From positions 1 to 56,408 of the forward strand of contig JBDKKJ010000007.1 in the NCBI GenBank assembly GCA_039796155.1: 56,408 bases of DNA. The letters are read 5' to 3'. Shown here in pieces: positions 52,855 to 56,408 of the stretch (positions within the stretch are counted from its first letter, which is position 1; each line of letters begins with the position of its first letter). The notes beneath the pieces are model-generated. The model worked only from the letters and a program-made list of their open reading frames with translations, ran no database searches and was not told where the DNA came from. Source of the DNA: Candidatus Parcubacteria bacterium (lineage in GTDB: Bacteria > Patescibacteriota > Minisyncoccia > Phycocordibacterales > UBA6065). Position numbers and translations under genes: made by a program.

Positions 52855-54189
52855 ATGGATACATTTCTCCACAAGGATACATCTGGCACATGGAACACAA
52901 TTCCACCCATTCCAAGCGATTTATTACCGAACGTGAACTGCCACAAGTTTGTATTGCATGCGATTGGAAAAATCAGCTATCACGAAATGGTGTCTAACCC
53001 AAAATTTCAAAAAGAGAATTTTCCGCACTTTGATTTTACGTACGGAAAGAAAGCGTTAGAAATTTCTAGAAAAGAATTTACTCCAATTTCCAATACCACA
53101 GATCTATACACCTTAGCTGAAAAAGACTGTGGTTCACACAGTGTGTGTATTGGGCAGATTAGAGATTCAAAGAGTGGTGAAATGGCACATTCTTTTATTA
53201 TTGAGAAAGACTCTAGTGGTAAATACATGTGCTATGAAAAGACGGGCTTCAAGCAATACCCTTTCACCGTCCATGAACTAGGAAATCTTTTAGAATTTAT
53301 AAACGACAAAGGAGAAAGGTCTTATCAAAACCAGGAATGGAGATTTATACCGAAAATGGTATACAGTAAGGGCATGAAAGAAGAACAAGACATGTCGGTA
53401 ACGGCTCCAAATTGGGCTGATTTTAAGATCGCTGTGCCTGTGGCAGTCGGTTTTATTGCGTTGTTTGTGATTCTCCAGAAAGCGGGACTTGTAAACCTCA
53501 TTAGCAAAGGAAACGTAACCTACGGAACAGCATTCGTGATTGGTCTTGTTGCCTCCCTCTCTACCTGCGTTGCTATGGTCGGAGGTCTTCTCCTCTCTAT
53601 GTCTGCAACCTTCGCTAAAGGAGGAAGTCGCGTAAAACCGCAACTCATGTTCCATGTCGGCCGCCTTGTTTCCTTCTTCATCCTTGGTGGAGTTATTGGA
53701 ATGCTTGGTGCGACCTTTACCCTCACCTCACTTGCATCTTCGATTCTCAGTCTCGGAATCGCACTCGTAATGCTAGTACTCGGACTCAACCTCCTCGATG
53801 TCTTTCCGTGGGCAGAAAAACTTCAACCAAAGGTTCCTCAATTTATTGGTAAACACGTATACAGTGTTTCAAAACTCAACAGTTATCTCACACCACTCAT
53901 TGTTGGTGTTGCTACGTTCTTTTTACCGTGTGGATTTACTCAGTCGATGCAGCTCTACACTCTGGGTACGGGTAGCTTCATGACCGGAGGCATTACCATG
54001 CTCGCTTTTGCTCTCGGCACTCTTCCCGTCCTCGCTCTTATCAGCTTTAGCTCACTCGGTATTACCAATAGCTCAAAGTCGGGAGTCTTCTTTAAAACTG
54101 CAGGACTGGTTGTAATTGCCTTTGCTCTCTTTAATCTCATTAATAGTCTCGTGGTTGCTGGTGTTATAACCCCCATCTTTAATTTTTAA
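52855..54189 (+). CDS. fusion protein: N-terminal Cys/His domain of unknown function plus TauE/SafE- or DsbD-like polytopic membrane domain
   Basis: 444 aa. Residues 1-180 are soluble (NCHKFVLHA ... MAHSFIIEKD). Residues 190-444 have about 7 TM helices with a conserved FFLPCGFTQ motif. Confidence 0.65.
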   Translation: MDTFLHKDTSGTWNTIPPIPSDLLPNVNCHKFVLHAIGKISYHEMVSNPKFQKENFPHFDFTYGKKALEISRKEFTPISNTTDLYTLAEKDCGSHSVCIGQIRDSKSGEMAHSFIIEKDSSGKYMCYEKTGFKQYPFTVHELGNLLEFINDKGERSYQNQEWRFIPKMVYSKGMKEEQDMSVTAPNWADFKIAVPVAVGFIALFVILQKAGLVNLISKGNVTYGTAFVIGLVASLSTCVAMVGGLLLSMSATFAKGGSRVKPQLMFHVGRLVSFFILGGVIGMLGATFTLTSLASSILSLGIALVMLVLGLNLLDVFPWAEKLQPKVPQFIGKHVYSVSKLNSYLTPLIVGVATFFLPCGFTQSMQLYTLGTGSFMTGGITMLAFALGTLPVLALISFSSLGITNSSKSGVFFKTAGLVVIAFALFNLINSLVVAGVITPIFNF

Positions 54190-54192
54190 TAT

Positions 54193-54573
54193 ATGAAAGG
54201 AACTGTTATCTCAACACTTATTGCCGTAGGACTCATTGCGGGAGCAGTTTTGCTTTCAAAAAATGCTGTGCCTGAAGTAGCAACTGCAGCGACAGTGTCC
54301 ATCGTCGACGGTAAACAAATTATTGAAATTCACGCTAAAGGTGGGTATCAACCACGCAGAATTTCCGCTCAATCAAATATTCCCACCATCCTTCGTTTTG
54401 ATACATCGGGCACGTTTGATTGTTCTGCTTCTGTGCGTATACCAAGTATGGATATTACTCAAAACCTTCCCCCTTCTGGCTCTGTCGATATCCCGATTGG
54501 CACTCAAGGAACTTCGACCCTTGAAGGAACCTGCTCTATGGGCATGTATCCGTTTGAAATAGATTTTAAATAA
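54193..54573 (+). CDS. membrane-anchored cupredoxin-like domain protein
   Basis: 126 aa. N-terminal TM; beta-rich domain ending GTCSMGMYPFEI, typical of cupredoxin-like partners of TauE/DsbD-like permeases. Confidence 0.55.
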   Translation: MKGTVISTLIAVGLIAGAVLLSKNAVPEVATAATVSIVDGKQIIEIHAKGGYQPRRISAQSNIPTILRFDTSGTFDCSASVRIPSMDITQNLPPSGSVDIPIGTQGTSTLEGTCSMGMYPFEIDFK

Positions 54574-54595
54574 AAAAGGAGCGCTTGCGCGCTCC

Positions 54596-54916
54596 CTACC
54601 GCATCACCACAACACCCATCAATCCATTCATGTATTCTACTTCTCGAACAGGATAACCTCCCACGAAGGTGCAGTATTCTTCGTGGAGCTCGATACGTCT
54701 TGCGATTACGGTCTGGGCGCGATCTTCTTTTGCCCAGCTGGTCGGATTTTCACGCTGAAGACGTGAGATTAGTTCGTCTAAGTGATAAATTTTCCGAATC
54801 AGTCGAAGGACTTCTTCGTTTTGCTTGTTTATGTTTTTTTGTTTGATGAAGAGCGAGCGGAGTATGAACATACCCGCGAGAGAAACCAGGGTAAGACCGA
54901 TAAGTATGTCGTTCAT
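54596..54916 (-). CDS. hypothetical membrane-anchored protein
   Basis: 106 aa. N-terminal TM. A terminator hairpin GGAGCGC/GCGCTCC (54578-54595) lies downstream on the minus strand. Confidence 0.45.
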   Translation of the reverse strand: MNDILIGLTLVSLAGMFILRSLFIKQKNINKQNEEVLRLIRKIYHLDELISRLQRENPTSWAKEDRAQTVIARRIELHEEYCTFVGGYPVREVEYMNGLMGVVVMR

Positions 54917-55146
54917 GTGGAAAGGCTACTTCAATAAAGTACTCGCCTCACATACTTTTGTCAAAACTAGTGTATAGTGTCTCTATGGCAAAACGAGCAA
55001 ATTCAATCAAGAGAGCTACACGGTCTCGAAAGACTACGAAGCGCCTCGCGACAAAGCACGCACGAATCGCTTCTCGAAAGAAGAAGTAGTTTCCTCCGCG
55101 GTTCACATAGTTTCGCTCGAAACTATCAATTTTTTGATAACTATTT

Positions 55147-55527
55147 ATGGAAAAGCTTGATACAAAGAAAGAATTTTCATTATTAAAGCGTGCAAAAAGT
55201 TTTAGTCACGCTGGCAGAGGTCTTTTGGTATTCGTAAAATCGACACATAATGCTTGGATTCACCTCTTTGCACTCATTGTCGTGGTACTTATGGGTATTT
55301 ATTTCTGCATCACGACAACCGAATGGATGATGCTTGTCTTTGCGTGTGGATTTGTTCTCGCATCCGAAGCTTTTAATACTGCAATTGAAATTGATATCGA
55401 TCTCACGTCTCCTACCTATCACCCGTATGCAAAAGATACTAAAGATGTTGCTGCGGGTGCGGTACTCATCTCAGTAATTACTGCTGTGATTGTAGGTATT
55501 CTTATTTTTGGACATTACTTGATATAA
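55147..55527 (+). CDS. dgkA: diacylglycerol kinase family protein (DgkA / undecaprenol kinase-like)
   Basis: 126 aa, three TM helices, ...SEAFNTAIE...D...K..KD.AAGAVL pattern. Confidence 0.85.
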   Translation: MEKLDTKKEFSLLKRAKSFSHAGRGLLVFVKSTHNAWIHLFALIVVVLMGIYFCITTTEWMMLVFACGFVLASEAFNTAIEIDIDLTSPTYHPYAKDTKDVAAGAVLISVITAVIVGILIFGHYLI

Positions 55528-55575
55528 TATTTATCCAGATAGACGCCCCGTTCACCCACAACCGAAAGACTACTC

Positions 55576-55890
55576 ATGTCTCTCTTAATAATTCGTGACC
55601 AACTCGTTAATCCTCCCACTTGGTTTGCTTCGTTTCGTGACCTCACGCTCTACTGCTCTATTTTTCTGAGCGTCGAAGTCATCATTGAATCAGATGACAT
55701 CGACACATACTACCGCTGGATAAAACCACGTGGCGGTATGGATTTTATAAAAGATTTTGTTCGGCCCGGTGAAGAAGATGGTCTTCGAATCGATCGTGAG
55801 GCAAACTACGCCCCAACCATCATCACCGACCGTATCGCTCCAGAAAATATTCACCGACTCATCGCTGGTGTTAGGTCTATGAGTCGATAA
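55576..55890 (+). CDS. hypothetical protein (104 aa)
   Basis: ORF followed by a strong terminator. Confidence 0.45.
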   Translation: MSLLIIRDQLVNPPTWFASFRDLTLYCSIFLSVEVIIESDDIDTYYRWIKPRGGMDFIKDFVRPGEEDGLRIDREANYAPTIITDRIAPENIHRLIAGVRSMSR

Positions 55891-55900
55891 TCAGACACAA

Positions 55901-55928
55901 GTGCCCGCTATCCCGCGGGCACTTTTTT
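55901..55928 (+). terminator. intrinsic terminator
   Basis: GTGCCCGC/GCGGGCAC stem followed by TTTTTTAT. Confidence 0.7.
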
Positions 55929-55966
55929 ATCCTTCCTGAGAATGTATTATTTGTTATACTGCCCCT

Positions 55967-56408
55967 ATGAAAACTATAGCCATATACCACAAGGATTGTA
56001 CCGACGGTACAACAGCAGCAGCAGTCGTATTAAAGAAATATCCTGACGCCCTCGTCTTCCCGCTCAGCCACGGTTTTGAACCAAAAGAGCTTGAAGAGGT
56101 TATAGCAGTCGCAGCACCTGGCGATCGAATCCTCACCGTTGATTGTGTTATTGGTGCAAAAGAATTCCTTGCAAAAGGTTTTCCTGTAACAAGTATCGAT
56201 CATCATGCGGGTGCACAAGCAGAATATGAGGCGCTCGCAAAGTCTAATCCTGCTTTTACCTTTGTATTTAACAACGCACAATCAGGGGCATCTCTCACCT
56301 GGTCAACACTCTTCCCTAACGAACCAATTCCTGAACTCATTAAACGTGTTCAAGATCAGGACCTCTGGCAATGGAAATTTGAAGACACCAAGGATGTAAG
56401 CAATTCAC
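55967..56408 (+). CDS. DHH-family phosphoesterase (partial, runs off the window)
   Basis: Own reading: MKTIAIYHKDCTDGTTAAAVV...SIDHHAG (DHH motif). Open to the window end, hence absent from the ORF track. Confidence 0.6.
   Translation, partial: MKTIAIYHKDCTDGTTAAAVVLKKYPDALVFPLSHGFEPKELEEVIAVAAPGDRILTVDCVIGAKEFLAKGFPVTSIDHHAGAQAEYEALAKSNPAFTFVFNNAQSGASLTWSTLFPNEPIPELIKRVQDQDLWQWKFEDTKDVSNS

Noticed and set aside
54977-55186. 69-aa GTG-start ORF
   Set aside because: It has no recognisable features and overlaps the dgkA start. The 34-aa basic peptide in another frame is noted as an alternative, itself at low confidence.

Overview
A 56.4-kb bacterial chromosomal window, gene-dense and mostly minus-strand. 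The gene content looks like a small-genome uncultivated lineage, possibly Patescibacteria/CPR (LemA-TPM pair, GH130 phosphorylases, many small membrane proteins); this taxonomic call is inference only. Roughly 1-45.3 kb is housekeeping or niche metabolism: fba, PfkB kinase, a GH130/mannose operon, secG, RNase J, lexA, cyclophilin, ABC-F, a DEAD-box helicase, a PIF1-like helicase and a 1153-aa surface protein. A tRNA-Gln(CUG) at 45358-45431 is followed by an accessory island (about 45.4-52.2 kb). The island contains a complete diversity-generating retroelement (DGR): a reverse transcriptase with the IGxxxSQ motif, a four-helix-bundle Avd, and a 115-bp template repeat (TR) paired with a variable repeat (VR). 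The TR and VR differ at 13 positions, 12 of them TR adenines. The VR lies at the C-terminus of a 279-aa target gene. The DGR layout is unusual: avd is inverted between the TR and the RT, and the avd and RT start codons sit head to head in the palindrome CATATATG. The island is also punctuated by five same-orientation copies of a 29-nt direct repeat (GGTTCCAACATCGTCCCAGACCCCCAACA) that delimit gene cassettes in an integron-like way. No recombinase is visible in the window. Two degenerate tRNA-3'-end-like fragments bracket the DGR. Other notable points are a frameshifted SGNH hydrolase, a GAAC-N4-GTTC palindrome upstream of the lexA operon, repeat-rich disordered tails on RNase J and the DEAD-box helicase, and an orphan MazF-like toxin beside a PLD-family gene and a weakly supported DUF559-like gene. 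No rRNA genes or CRISPR arrays were seen.
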